Shown piece by piece: positions 39,199-52,589 of a stretch of 64,000 nucleotides of DNA (positions are counted from its first letter, which is position 1; each line of letters begins with the position of its first letter). The stretch is from NCBI RefSeq assembly GCF_006345805.1, contig NC_043003.1, positions 84,134,001-84,198,000 on the forward strand, written 5' to 3'. This DNA comes from Octopus sinensis. Taxonomy: Eukaryota. A program made the position numbers and the translations under genes. The notes under the pieces are model-generated. The model ran no database searches. It worked only from the letters and a program-made list of their open reading frames with translations, and was not told the DNA's origin.

Positions 39199-39640
39199 TA
39201 CGTTGTAGTCAGCAACTGTGACGGGCATCGCGAGGATGTAGGCCAGAGGCGTGGCTAAATGGTAAAGAAACACATTATGTCATTATGATGTTCCAAGTTC
39301 GATACTTAGTCAAGCGTCATCTAACATAGTTTCGTGTCCATCTACATAGTATACATGAATTTGGAGAAAAGAAAACTGCGTGGAAGACTGTCTGGTGGAG
39401 TATATCAGTAATTCAAAATGCCTCCAGAGATTAACTGAAGATTACGTTGCATGTACAAGTATATCGGCCTATGCAAAGCTGGTAACAGGGCAGGCCAGGT
39501 CAGATGCGAAATACAGGCCTCATTTCAAAGTATTCATTAAGTACCTTAATAGTCAGTACTAAATACTTGATTTATGTAAGGGTATACATATATTGGTTAG
39601 ATGTATACACGTCCATGTAGTATATATGTACATATATTAT

Positions 39641-40027
39641 GGATGGAAGCACTCCGTCGGTTACGACGACGAGGGTTCCGGTTGATCCGATCAACGGAAC
39701 AGCCTGCTCGTGAAATTAACGTGTAAGTGGCTGAGCACTCCACAGACACGTGTACCCTTAACGTAGTTCTCGGGGATATTCAGCGTGACACAGAGAGTGA
39801 CAAGGCCGGCCCTTTGAAATACATGTACAACAGAAACAGGAAGTAAGAGTGAGAGAAAGTTGTGGTGAAAGAGTACAGCAGGGATCACCACCATCCCTGC
39901 CGGAGCCTCGTGGGGCTTTAGGTGTTTTCGCTCAATAAACACTCACAACGCCCGGTCTGGGAATCGAAACCGCGATCCTACGACCGCGAGTTCGCTGCCC
40001 TAACCACTGGGCCATTGCGCCTCCACG
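39641..40027 (-). mobile_element. SINE family C copy with 11-bp TSD
   Basis: TSD ACATATATTAT at 39630-39640 and 40028-40038; same head and tail as 10669-11051. Confidence 0.93.
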
Positions 40028-40351
40028 ACATATATTATACATGTATATGTAATAAACATGATGTAAATATAAATAACTGAACAGTTTAAAAGAATTAGAA
40101 CGATTTATATATAAAACAAGGTAATTCTTTTCCAAAGGAACTTCTGGTAAAAAAAAATCTATTAGTATCCGCTTGTTGCACATACATTTTGTTCACAGAG
40201 TTGGGGTGGGATAAGTGCCTTCATAATCGTAGTTCCTTAACAACTAGCCTAATTGTCCTACCTGCCTGTTCTGATCTGCAAGTTTCTGTCGAGTACTAAG
40301 GCAGAGATCCCCTTCGGTCATGAATGACCATGAGATTGCATCAAGAATGTT

Positions 40352-40553
40352 TTCTACTCAAGGCACAAGGCCCGAAATTTTGGGGGAGGTGGTGGTGGGG
40401 GAGCCAGTCGATGAGACCGACCCCAGTACACAACTGGTACTTAATTTACTGATCCCAAAAGGATGAAAGGCAAAGCCGACCTCGACGGAACTCAGAACGT
40501 AAAGACGGGGGAAATACCTCTAAGCATTTCGCCCGGCATGCTAACGCTTCTGC
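40352..40553 (-). mobile_element. SINE family A copy
   Basis: GACCCCAGTACACAACTGGTACTTAATTT...AAAGGATGAAAGGCAAAGCCGACCTCG...GCATTTCGCCCGGCATGCTAACG on the + strand. Confidence 0.88.
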
Positions 40554-40994
40554 CAAGGCACAGGTACAGGCAAGGTGGTTTATGGAAGACCAGCAGTCGC
40601 TCATGCATACCAGCTTCCCCTTCTCCACGTCACCGATGTTATCCAAGGGAAAGGCAAAGGCTGATACAGCTTGGCACCAGTGATGTTGCAACTTATATCT
40701 ACAGCTGAGTCAACTGGAGCAACATTCAGGCTGGTCCGAGAATCGAACTCCCTACGTCATGATTGTGAACCCGACTAAGTATAATACAATGGAGGTAGTA
40801 CCGTTGACTGAACAAGTGGAATAATGGAAATTCATGGAAAAGCATGGAAAATCGAGGCATGATCCATCATCAATGGAATTGGTTGTATTAATGGGTGCAA
40901 CGGTTGTGAACTCTCCTGTTATAGAGGACAGACGAGGGTCCCGCGATTTCTTGCTGAACAACCTGCACAGATGGATTTTTTTTTATAGTGTTTA

Positions 40995-41200
40995 AATGTT
41001 TGTGATGTACATTGGCTCACTCACTTCATCAAATTGACGTTGCCTGTACAGGTGTACGGTGTGCCATACGTTAGATCCCGAAGTGATCGCTGAGAAATGC
41101 GAGATGAAATATTTTGCGCAAGAACACAACGAACCCTCGAAACCACCACCTTGTAATTGTGAACGCAACACCCAAACCATTAGGACATGCTCCTTCACAA
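40995..41200 (-). mobile_element. Degenerate CORE-type SINE (further tail variant); a related tail fragment lies at 40555-40745
   Basis: GAAATATTTTGCGCAAGAACACAAC...CGAAACCACCACCTTG...AACCATTAGGACATGC matches the reversed C2 head and core. Confidence 0.65.
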
Positions 41201-43310
41201 TCCAATGACACAGACCTCGGTAGACTTCGTTTAGTTTTAGTCCCAGATAAGTCTGAATGGAGCAGAGTGGTATCTTTAAGTTGTTGGGTTTCATGGTTGG
41301 TCGTATTTAGCGTTCTCTTGTGTTGTTGGTGAAAATGAAGATAATGGATTTTGTAGGTGGTACTTTTAGTCGTTTGGAACAAGATTTCTATGTTTGATAT
41401 AGGGTCAGTGTAACTGGAGGCGTGAGGTAGAGTGGTGTTTCGAAACGGTTGAAAGATCAAGACCGAGAGAGCAAATCAATGATCAAAGCATTCTAGCCAT
41501 GACCAAGTCGTGTATTTTTTTTCTACAAGTCAAGTGTGCCCAAAGTTACATTATCCAATAAGACTTTTGCTCCAGCATGGCCTTAGCCATGGTGAAAGAA
41601 CCCCAAAGAACCGACAAATATTAATTAAAGCAGGACGTGTTTTGAGGGAGTTTCGGCCACCATTTTCAGCACGGCAAACGTAGTCTTCTTTTGGATGTTG
41701 GTGAAGGGCCATCATTCTTTTAGACTTTAGCTATTTTAGGTGCATGTCTATACTTTCATCAAGCCCATGGGGTTTGAGTTTAGGGATTTCTCATACGATA
41801 ATTTCAAAGCTCATTAAATATATGCACAGACTGTAGAACTGACAAGGGAAGACAGTTATTCTCCATGATGATTATAGTTGCAAGTTGTTGTGCTTGATGG
41901 TAGTGATGGCGCTTATAACATTGCTGATAGTAATGGTGCTTATGTTGTGGTGGTGGTGGTATTGGTGGTGGTGGTAACGGTGGTGGTGGTGGTAACGGTG
42001 GTGGTGTTAACGGTGGTGGTGGTGGTAACGGTGGTGGTGGTAACGGTGGTGATATTGGTCTGCTATTGATGTTGTTGTTGTTGATGTTATTGTAGGTGTT
42101 GGTGTTGGTACCGTTGGCACTGAAGTGACTTTGATATAAACATTCATTTCCCATAACAGCAGCCGAATGCATTCCAAACTGCAGATGAAAAAACAGCTTC
42201 AGACGCATCAAAGCATCACACACACACACAACTATAGACGCACCAACAAACGTACCCTAACGCACACTCTATTCGGTTACCACCCACAAGGCTAAATATA
42301 CAGATGTTAGGGATAATAGGAGAAAGAATCAACTGTTTAAAAGTGTTTCCTCTGTATTCAATATGTATATTGGAATGTGAGACGAAACGGCACCAGCTGA
42401 CTGTTCGAAAGGTCAGTAGTTCGTACTCGCTCAGTACTGCTGGAACATGCATTGTGTTCACAATAAAGACACTACAGTCACTGTGGATCAGTTTATTTAA
42501 CTGCAAAATGATGTGCGACAAGGAAGTATCAGTTGCCGCAATATCAAGAGGCATTAAATAAACATTATTTCCTTAATGGTACAATTTTTTTTAATCACTT
42601 AATCAAAATAGGAATGACAAACCGATGACCCCTTTCAGGGCCGACGCGCTTTGGGAAGAAAGAGACAAAGGTATAAGTATATACTGACTAGAGACATGAC
42701 CTGAATGCTAGCAATTATCACCCAAGAATCGGATGGCTGCGTAAAACCTGGCAATAAATTACTCTCACGGAAGACTGCACATTAGCAAGGGAATCAAATT
42801 TGATATAGACGACAAAATGTACTTCACTGTATTATTAGGATTCATATGAGTGTAGCTCACCCATATAACACTTATGCCACTCTCATTTTTCTGGGTTTCC
42901 ATAAACTGCTCTGCTGCCACAGACCTGTTGGCTTCACATTATCTGGAACGGTTGCGCATGGAGAGACGACATTTCATCTAATATTAGATTGTATTTCCAA
43001 ATGTCAGCATTTATGACACATGATTCCAAAAGAAGTGGAACCCTAATTGCACTTTAAATCGCTTTTACTGGTGTCCTGGTTGCAGTCGTTTCAACACCCG
43101 ATAGTATTGCCAAATTCAGCACAACTAGTATTACAGTAACATGGCTTAGATAGACAATGGACAGGTCTACCGAGTGTGAAATTATATTCTTACTTCTTCT
43201 TCATGATGAGAACATCTCTAATATAGTTCGGTAAAAAGCTGTCCGAAATTTTGGCATAGCGTTGCTCTCTCTCTCTCTCTTCACACACACACACACACCA
43301 CACACACACA

Positions 43311-43341
<31 letters not shown>

Positions 43342-43819
43342 TACAAAAATATACAAACGCACACATGATGTAGTTCCCTCAAACTTTAATGAGAGCCTTA
43401 CACTGAACGCCACACGCACACACACACACGCGGGCATGCACACAAACAAACGTAGACCTTAACCCTCACATACATACGCACAGTATTCTGGATATTTTCT
43501 ATATCAAAAGAATCCGAAAAGCCAAAATTCATAGCTGAGCATGTCATCACATGTAGGACATATATTTATAAATTTATTAATATATTTCGTTGCATTTTAT
43601 TAAAGTTACTGCTCTTCAGTTGTCAATCCATCTTGAATTTCTGTCATGAAATGTTAAGAGACTCACATGCAGACACAAGTTGATACATTAAATATAATTA
43701 CATACATTTTGGAAAACATTCCCGGAATTCTCTATTTAAGGTCCCTGAGCTGAACACAAACACATAATTACATGTAAATATGGAGTACATACCCACAAAC
43801 ACACATACATATATACACA

Positions 43820-44030
43820 CGAGGGGCTGCTGAAAAGTTCCTGGCTAAGGGTAAGAGAAAATACAGGAGGATCCGTTAATTGAATTTATTCAACATATTC
43901 CCCTCTCAGATTCACACACTGTAGCGGTTCTTCAGTTTTTCTTAGCCATGTGAAAGAACTCGGAAGGTTGGGTCTCCAATCAGGCCTTTCACGACACTCT
44001 TAAAACCAAGAACTTCTCAGCAACTCCTCG
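43820..44030. mobile_element. mariner-derived MITE, ~211 bp
   Basis: TIRs CGAGGGGCTGCTGAAAAGTTCCTGGCT / AACCAAGAACTTCTCAGCAACTCCTCG; flanked by CA and TA. Confidence 0.85.
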
Positions 44031-44063
44031 TATATGTGATACTCACATACATATATACATATA

Positions 44064-44457
44064 CTAGCAGTATCGCCCGGCGTTGCTCGGGTTTGTAAGG
44101 GAAATAACTATATAAGCATTTTTAGAGATGTAATGTATAATAGCCATCTCAATATGGCTAACCACAAAGGGGGGTGTTACTGTAGCTTTTTACGTTCTGA
44201 GATTTAATAATACATTTTTAGAGAGTTACTTCCCTTATATAATAGCCAAAAAATGCATTAAAGATGGGAAAAAATTATGGTAATTTTTTTTAAAATCGTA
44301 GACTCATCGTAGACGTGCGCTAATACCCAGAAGGGCTCGATATGAATCACGACTATAAGATACCCACTTTTGGTTACACTGCACCGCAAAATGTGGGAGT
44401 AGTTAGGAATCTAAATCGTAGGAGACAGACACACAACTTCACTTTTATATATAAAGA
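44064..44457 (-). mobile_element. Non-autonomous Helitron
   Basis: Minus strand: A|TCTTTATATATAAAAG ... hairpin (+ strand CCCGGCGTTGCTCGGG) then CTAG|T; 3' end shared with 28934-29316. Confidence 0.87.
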
Positions 44458-44554
44458 TATGATACATATATCCATAGTACATAACACATATAGATGCGTG
44501 CATAGATAGAAGTAATAAGTAACAATTAAAAAGCATCTAAAAGTTTTCTAATTG

Positions 44555-44722
44555 AGCGCAGGCGTGGCTGTATGGTAAGAAGCTTGCTTTCCAACCATAC
44601 GTTTCCGGGTTCAGTCCCAATGAGTGGCGCCTTGGGCAAGTGTCTTCTACTATAGCCTCGGGCCAACTAAAGCCTTGCGAGTGGATTTGGTAGACAGAAA
44701 CTGCAAGAAGCCCGACGTGTAG

Positions 44723-44768
<46 letters not shown>

Positions 44769-45005
44769 TGTGTGTGTGGTGTGTATGTGTTTGTGTATTT
44801 GTTCTCCTATCACCGCTTGACAACCGGCATTGGTGTGTTTACATTCCCGTAACTTAGCGGTTCGGCAGAAGAAACCCGACAGATTTAGTACTAGGCTTTA
44901 AAATAAGTGCTGGATTCGATTTGTTCGACTAAGAAACAAACCCTACCATGTAGTGCTCCAGCAAGGCCGCAGTCAAATAATCGAAACAAGTACAAGAATT
45001 AAAGA
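44555..45005 (+). mobile_element. SINE family B copy
   Basis: GCGCAGGCGTGGCTGTATGGTAAG...CCTTGGGCAAGTGTCTTCTACTATAGCCTCGGGCC...(TG)n...GTGCTCCAGCAAGGCCGCAGTCAAA. Confidence 0.9.
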
Positions 45006-45132
45006 ATCGCCTTTCACCCAATTTACTCTATTACACCATATTCAACATTAACTGAAACGATCTCACCAGATTTTATTCGGTCAGGTTCTACCCAGGTAGA
45101 CATAGCAAGGATTAATTGTGGAAACAGCGTGG

Positions 45133-45175
45133 AACTTACCTGTAATAAAAAGAGAAAAGGAGAGAATAAGTTAAA
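45133..45175 (-). promoter_or_regulatory. Candidate recursive splice site (branch point, polypyrimidine tract, CAG|GTAAGT)
   Basis: Minus strand: TTTAAC-TTATTCTCTCCTTTTCTCTTTTTATTACAG|GTAAGTT. AG at 45141-45140 abuts GT at 45139-45138; branch A is ~31 nt upstream. Confidence 0.55.
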
Positions 45176-45318
45176 GTTCATTAAAGTAATACAAACACAT
45201 ACATATATAATACATATATGATGAATAAGTTAAAACAGGACAGAAGGACAAATTTTTAAAATGTATCATAAGTATAACGCTTGAAAGGAAAAGGCTTTTA
45301 ATATTTCAAATATTAGAA

Positions 45319-45375
<57 letters not shown>

Positions 45376-46059
45376 AGAGAGAGTGAGAGCTATTAGACTT
45401 CAGATAACAGAAATAGGACCATTAACAAAGCTATATAATCACACACACACACACACACACACATTGCTAAAACAATGATGTTTTAAAGTTTAAAAACTAT
45501 TCACTCTCACAGTTATCTGTATAGTTCGCATTGAATTTTCTTTGCATATTTGGTCTCTTTGATCCTTGATTCAAAAAGTTTTCCCATCCATCAATCCATC
45601 CATCCACCCACTCCCCCCCCCCACATTCATATACATGCATATGTGTGTGTGTGTATGTGAGTGTCGTATGTTTCTGAGGTGAGTAGTTTGAAGCAAGCAT
45701 TATGAGATAGATTTGTTAAAATTGGTTTCTAAAAGCCAGTACAATGTAAATTGTATATGCAAAGGAGCGAAATCAGAAGTAAGGAAGACAAACCGTCAGT
45801 TTAAATTCAGACAAATATACGACCGTTACTCAAATGAAGCAAAATGCTTTGTCCTTTCTTATTCGATAATAGTAGCAACTATAATAATTGGGGGAAATAA
45901 GGCTACTATCCCCAAATATTTGCGGAGAGGAGAATTGCCAAGAGTGACTCCGAGTTGGAAGGAAGGATGCATGGCAAAGTCACTCCTAGGGAGATTTGGG
46001 ACTTAGAATATGAAGTTCGCAATTAAATACAAGGTAATCTGGACATATTGTTTTCATAA

Positions 46060-46572
46060 TAATTATAATCCTTTCTACTAAGAGCACGAATTTTGGGGAG
46101 GGGGGCTAATCGATTACATCGACCCCATTGCTCAATAACAATAATTCCTTCTATTCTAAGGCACAAAGCCTGAAATTTTGGTAGAGAGAGCTAATCGATG
46201 ACATCGATACAATGCTCAGCTGACACTCATTCTATCGACCCTGAAATGATGAAAGGCTAATTTAAACTCGGCGAGATTTGAACTCAAAACGTGAAGAACC
46301 GGAAGAAATGTCACAAAGAAGTTTTCCTTGTGTTCTGGTAATAATAATAATGGTTTCAAACTTTGGCACCAGGCCAGGAGTTTAGGGAAGGAGTTAAGTC
46401 GATTACATCGACCTCAGTGTTAAATTAGTGTTTATTTTGTCAACCTCAATAGGATGAAATGTAAGGTGGACTCCGCCGGCATTTGAGCCCAGAACATAAA
46501 GACGGACGAAATGCTGTTAAGCATTTTGCCCGGTGTGCTAACGGTTTTGCCATCTCGCTGCCTTTCTGGCAA

Positions 46573-46648
<76 letters not shown>

Positions 46649-46725
46649 CCTTTCTACTATAGGTACAAGGTCAGGAATTTTGGTGGGAAGGGACCAGTCG
46701 ATTAAATCGACCCCGGTACTTGACT
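46060..46725 (-). mobile_element. Cluster of about 4 partial or complete SINE family A copies
   Basis: Repeated (G/A)TCGAT(T/G)ACATCGA motifs and tails at ~46075, ~46165 and ~46355 (most complete, to 46565), plus GTCGATTAAATCGACCCC at ~46660-46725. Confidence 0.8.
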
Positions 46726-46956
46726 CGTCTTAATGTGACACGACTTTGGAAATATGATTGTGAAGTGCCTCTGGCTCTTCTGTGAACAGGTAAATGACTT
46801 TACCATCGAATCAATTAAAAAACAAACAAATAAAAACAAACGAAAAAGAAAAACCATCACTCATTTCAGTTAATAGCAAATTGAATGAGAATTAATCTCC
46901 AGTTACTAATTAAAACTTTACTATAATAAATCAATTATCAATAAATACACAAGGGG

Positions 46957-47047
<91 letters not shown>

Positions 47048-47157
47048 CTAGGTGAGATAGAGGCTACACATAGATTTGGTAATGAATATCAGCCAGTAAC
47101 GATAAAAGACGAAGCCCTTGTTTATGATAACAGGACGTTTTGATAATTTCAACAATA

Positions 47158-47347
47158 GGCGCTGGCATGCTCGTGTGATAAGAAGCTTGCTTCCGAACCA
47201 CATGGTTCCATGTTCAGTCCAGTCCCACTGTGTGGCACCCGGAGCAAGTATCTTCTAGTATAGCCTTCTGTGACGACCAAGACCTTGTGAGTGGATTTGG
47301 TAAACGGAAACTGAGAGATGTCCGTCGTATACATATATACACACACA

Positions 47348-47413
<66 letters not shown>

Positions 47414-47590
47414 GTGTGTGCGTGCGTGTGTGCAACCACCGCTTGACAACTGGTAACTTAACGCTTCGGCAAAAGAGCCCGATAGAATAAATACTAGGAT
47501 GTCGATTCATTCAACTAAAATTTCTTCAAGTAATGCCCTAACATTAGACTAATGACTGAAACAAACAAAAAATATAAAAGATAAAAATAT
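47158..47590 (+). mobile_element. SINE family B copy
   Basis: GGCGCTGGCATG head, GTTCAGTCC...GTGGCACCCGGAGCAAGTATCTTC core, internal (TG)n, AATGACTGAAAC tail with AAAGATAAAAATAT repeats. Confidence 0.85.
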
Positions 47591-47857
47591 AAAAGATAAA
47601 ACTAACGTATTAGACATTGCATGTGTTATGGTAAAATATGGAATTTATGGTATGTATTCTTTTAATGTTTCCTTTTAATCAAGAGAGAAAGCAATGTCTA
47701 CGATTCTTTACAAAGCCACCGAGACAGATGTTAGGTAGATAGGGAGAAAGTGGGAGGGGAGGTAACGGCAAACTGGAGACTAGGTTCGAATCTTTACAAC
47801 AGAATAGGTTCTGCTAAAGTCTCGCAAAATGCCAGGTGATATAGTGGTATTAAGCGA

Positions 47858-48049
47858 AACCTAAGATGGAGAGCTGGCAGAATCTTCCGCCCACCGGACA
47901 AAATGATTAACGGCATTTCGTCCGCCGCGGTTGACATTGCTTTTCGTCTTTCGAGATCGATAAAATAAGTAGCAGCCGAGTACTCGGATTGATGTGATCG
48001 ATTTATCTCTTCCCGTGAAAATTCTGGCCTTGTGCCAAAGTTTGAAACC
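47858..48049 (+). mobile_element. SINE family A copy with 12-bp TSD
   Basis: TSD GGTATTAAGCGA at 47846-47857 and 48050-48061; GAGAGCTGGCAGAATC head; tail GGCCTTGTGCCAAAGTTTGAAACC. Confidence 0.88.
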
Positions 48050-49445
48050 GGTATTAAGCGAGGCGATGGATTAAGTAGGGATCCGAACTCAGAACGTAAA
48101 GAGCTGCAACAAGTACAGTTTTAGCAATCCGCTGCCTTGGATAGAGAACATATGATGTTCAGATAAAAGGCGCTAATAGTTTTATTTGGTGGTGGTGTTG
48201 GTGTTGCTATTGGTGTAGTAATATCGTTGATTGAAAAATTTGTGTTGCTACAAGACAATACGTTTGGAGTGAAATTTCATAAGAGCGGAATGTATTTGTA
48301 ATTCAAAAGGTACAGCCTTATCACGCTCTCTGCTTGAGAATTATGTTAAGGGTACACTGGAATACTCAGCAATTTAACACATGCATTCGCGAGAAGGTTA
48401 TCTAGTTGATCGAACGACAAAATCCCCTTCGTCGGACGAAGGAAATCTGCCATAAAACAGAAAAGGGAAAGAAGGACACAGGGACACATACACATATACG
48501 CTCTCTGTCTCTCTCTTTCTCTCTGTCTCTCTCACATACACACAGGCTAGAGAGAGGGGGGACAAAGGGTGAGAGGGGCAGAGGAAGAGAGAGAGAGAGA
48601 GAAGAGGCAGAGGGAGAGAGAGAGGGCAAAGGGAGAGAGAGAGAGAGGGTGTAGAGGAAGAGAGAGAATAGTTGTGACGCAGATTCCTCTCACATGTATT
48701 CAAAGAATGTGAAGTTTGCATGGTAAATAAGAGGTATTTGGGACGTGAACTTTTATTTCAAAAGTATTGACTAAATTATGTGTGTGCTTCTGCGCAACAC
48801 ACACACATTTACGCATCATCATATGCTTGCATACACGCACTCTCATATAAATACATACATGCATGTATGCATACACACACCACACACACGTTTTAGCACG
48901 ACTTTAAAACGAAGTTATTAAGTTCTATCAAGAGAAAACTTAGAAAGGCCAACTGGAGATATTTTGTGTTAGTTTATTGTTGGCTGAATGGCAACGGCCT
49001 TCAGAGACTTGTCTACATTCTATCCATAGACTTACACACTCCTCCACAACACGTACAAATACACATGCACGATCATATCAATAGAGAGAAAAATCGATAA
49101 GGAGTGCCGAAAAGTGGGGTTCGTCCTGCCTTTGAGAGTTTAGCATGATGATGTCTGTTGAATATCATAAGCAAAAAATGAACTTTACAGCATAGTGGGA
49201 AAATGAGGAGATTAAATGTTTGTTCTTAGTTCACAGCATCACAGAATTAAAAACGATGAGAGATAAACAGTTTAAAAGATAGGAATCCATCTTTGAAAGA
49301 TGACATCTGGTACTTATTTCTCGTTAAGTGGACTGAAAAGCATGAAATATATTTCTTATGGCTTGTTCACAGCAACAGAGGTCTCTGAGAGGGTTGAGAG
49401 AAATTTTCTCTTTAGGCCGAGTATTGGATCGAGTGCTTGCTGTTA

Positions 49446-49880
49446 AGGCGCAGGAGTGGCTGTAAGTAGCTTACTTATCAACCACATGGAGTAAGTAAGT
49501 AGCTTGCTTACCAACCACATGGTTCCGGGTTCAGTCCCACTGCGTAGCACCTTGGGCAAGTATCTTCTACTATAGCCTCGGGCCGACCAAAGCCTTGTGA
49601 GTGGATTTGGTAGACGGAAACTGAAAGAAGCCCGTCATATATATGTATATATATATGTGTGTTTGTTTGTGTGTCTGTGTTTGTCCCCCCCCCAAATCGC
49701 TTGACAACTGATGCTGGTGTGTTTACGTCCCCGTAACTTAGCGGTTCGGCAAAAAGAGACCGATAGAATAAGTACTAGGCTTACAAAGAATAAGTCCTGG
49801 GGTCGAATTGCTCAACTAAAAGCGGTGCTCCAGCATGGCCGCAGTCAAATGACTGAAACAAGTAAAATAGTAAAAGAGTA
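49446..49880 (+). mobile_element. SINE family B, best-preserved copy (CORE-SINE-like)
   Basis: tRNA-like head with GGTTCAGTCCC B-box variant and CCTTGGGCAAG CORE-like motif; short internal (TA)/(TG) tract; tail (AGTAAAA)n; small duplication inside the head at ~49465-49500. Confidence 0.92.
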
Positions 49881-50831
49881 AGTATATATCTCAAAGCGCT
49901 TACAATGAGTTTGAACTGAAAAGATACATGATGGTAATCCAAAAATGTATCCACTCAGTCAGTTCTCTCATCATAAGAGCCTTAGGTTATGATCGAGTTG
50001 TTACTAAACTGAGCTGAGTGGGTTCGCTATCTGTATTAGTGGGTGAGGATCTCCATTTTTTGTTAATAACGATACAATTACCTATCGATTCTTGAGATAG
50101 GGAATTGATGTGGTGGTGGTGGTGGGCACTAAAAGACCTCCATCTTCAATGTTGATCTCATATCTACACGTATATGCGTAGCTCAGAGAAAGATGGTTTT
50201 GAAGAAGGGCTGGCAGGTCTTCCTTCTATACGTCCTGTGATGTAGCTACAGAGTGTGCCGCCGGGAGATGCTCTTGGTAGAGGGTGTAGAAGAAGAGAGA
50301 GAGAATAGTTGTGACGCAGATTTCTCTCACATGTATTCAAAGAATACAGCAAACCCAGAAGTGTCGTCCACTTAAAATATCCGCTCGTGGCGGACTGTGT
50401 CCTTGTCCACCGCCATCCCAGCTATCAGTCAACTCACTGATGTCTATCAAAGTGATAACTGCCAACATGAGTCAATACAGCTAGGTATTTGTGTCGTCGC
50501 TGGCATTACTGCCATGACACTGAGAGCTGGAACACACACCACCAACTTATGACTAAAACTTCAAGGCGGTGCCCCAGCATGGTCGCGATCTAAAGATCGA
50601 AACAAGTAAAAGAGATAAAAAGAGACAAAGCATGCATGTTCTTTAACTTAATTTAACCCAGAAGTGATTATCTCCCCTTTAATGATAAAATTCAACCACG
50701 TGATCAGCAACGCATTTATTTAATCACTTCTCAAAACTATGTGAAGTTAAGATGATTCAAGCGCGATTTGAACTCAACACATAGAAGATCAAATTTAAAT
50801 AATAGTAAGCAATCTTGTCTGGTGCTCTTCA

Positions 50832-50886
<55 letters not shown>

Positions 50887-51980
50887 ATTATATTCCTTTC
50901 TTTCTAAATTACTTTATTTTCCCACTCTCAAACATCAACAACAGGAGCAGCGACAATAAAATAATTCCTTTCATTATCCCATGTCCCGAAAAAACATCGG
51001 AAACAACCCCACCAATATTCCAACCCCTAAATGCACACACACACGTACACACATATACACCGCCGCCGCCGCCACCACCACCACCACCACCACTACCTTC
51101 CACCTCACCCCACCCCACCCCACCCACGACAATAACGGAAATGTTTCAGCTTTACTGAGATGTTCACACCAGATTATACAGTTTTTCACTCTCTTTTCAG
51201 AAACCATTTAATCATCATCTCCACCATCACTAGTCATCCCTACTGCGCTCACTCTCCGACCCACTCGACACCCCTGCCTTCGGCAGTACCAACTCCATCA
51301 TTACCACCATCATCATCATCATCACCACCGCGATCTTTATAACCACTGCTATTCTAGCCACTGCTACCATCACTACATCGCCACCACCACCACCACCACC
51401 ACCACCACCACCATCATCATCAACACCAGCATCTCTATAGCTGCTGCCACCCCAACACTGACATCCTCATCCACCAACATTACCACCACCATCATCATCA
51501 CCATCCTTATAACCACTACTCCAGTCACTGCTATCACCACCACCAACCACTCCACCACCAGCATCTCAGAAATCATTGCCATCCCCAACCATTGCTGCTT
51601 TCCCACCTACCTCCATCATCATCATCACTGCCATCATCATCACCACCTCCGTTACCAAACATCATTACCACACTATACCTAACGCCTTACCAACTGCCCC
51701 GCTTACATGAAGTCCCATTAAAACCACTGTCACATTACTCCCCAAACCCACGCCTTACTGCCACCATATAACAAAAGGGGCTACTATGTTATTGTCACAC
51801 AGTACCATCGTACCATCACGTCACAACTACATCGCACAACAACCAGCATCTCAACACAACACACAAAAATATCACGCAACCACAATCAGCACCACCGCCG
51901 CCGTTGACAGTAAGCTGTCTAGGGGCAGTCCGCTCCGAGTGACGCTTTTATGGGGAGAGCCCTCTTAGGTCTGCTGTATA

Positions 51981-52211
51981 CAGTAATCCATCGCGGTTCA
52001 CCTATCGCGGTTCACCTATCGCGGTTTATTATTTAAGCTTACGTCGATTCCTCCGTGGGGTTGTTATTTCATTTATAATAAAATAAATATATTCAAATTA
52101 TAAAAATGATAAAAAAAAGTATTCAGTACAATACTGTTTCTACTTCGCGGTTTTTCAGCCATACCGGTGAGGTTTGGGAACGTAACACCCGCGATAATCG
52201 AGGGTTTACTG
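51981..52211. mobile_element. pogo/Tigger-like MITE, 231 bp
   Basis: TA|CAGTAATCCATCGCGG ... CCGCGATAATCGAGGGTTTACTG|TA; ATCGCGGTTCACCT is tandemly repeated near the left end. Confidence 0.85.
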
Positions 52212-52589
52212 TAAGCCTCAATAGGCTTTGGAACGCGGGATGGTGACTGTACACTCAAGGGTTGTGCCGGGAGACACACACATACTCTAGTTAAGCCACT
52301 GACCATCGTCTCATTGCTTTCATTCTTTTTATTTATTTACTTTTGTGGGGGATGGAGGGACTCGATAAAAAGTAGGTATCCGACTAGGTATCTTACAGTA
52401 TTTGTTCTGGCTCTTTGTGCACGGCGTTACTGAGTTCAAATCCTGCCATACCCTACACGGATGGTAGACTTTACCTGTCGCCCGGTTTAACACACGATAT
52501 AACATCGTAAGTTCCTTTAGCGGAGTCCACTGTCTTTGCAAATATTCGGAACATGTTTCTACTTTGAAGATCCCTTGAATTATGGTTAT

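Noticed and set aside
46770-46796. Recursive site CTCTTCTGTGAACAG|GTAAAT on the + strand
   Set aside because: The polypyrimidine tract is short and interrupted and the donor is non-optimal; much weaker than the 45140 site.
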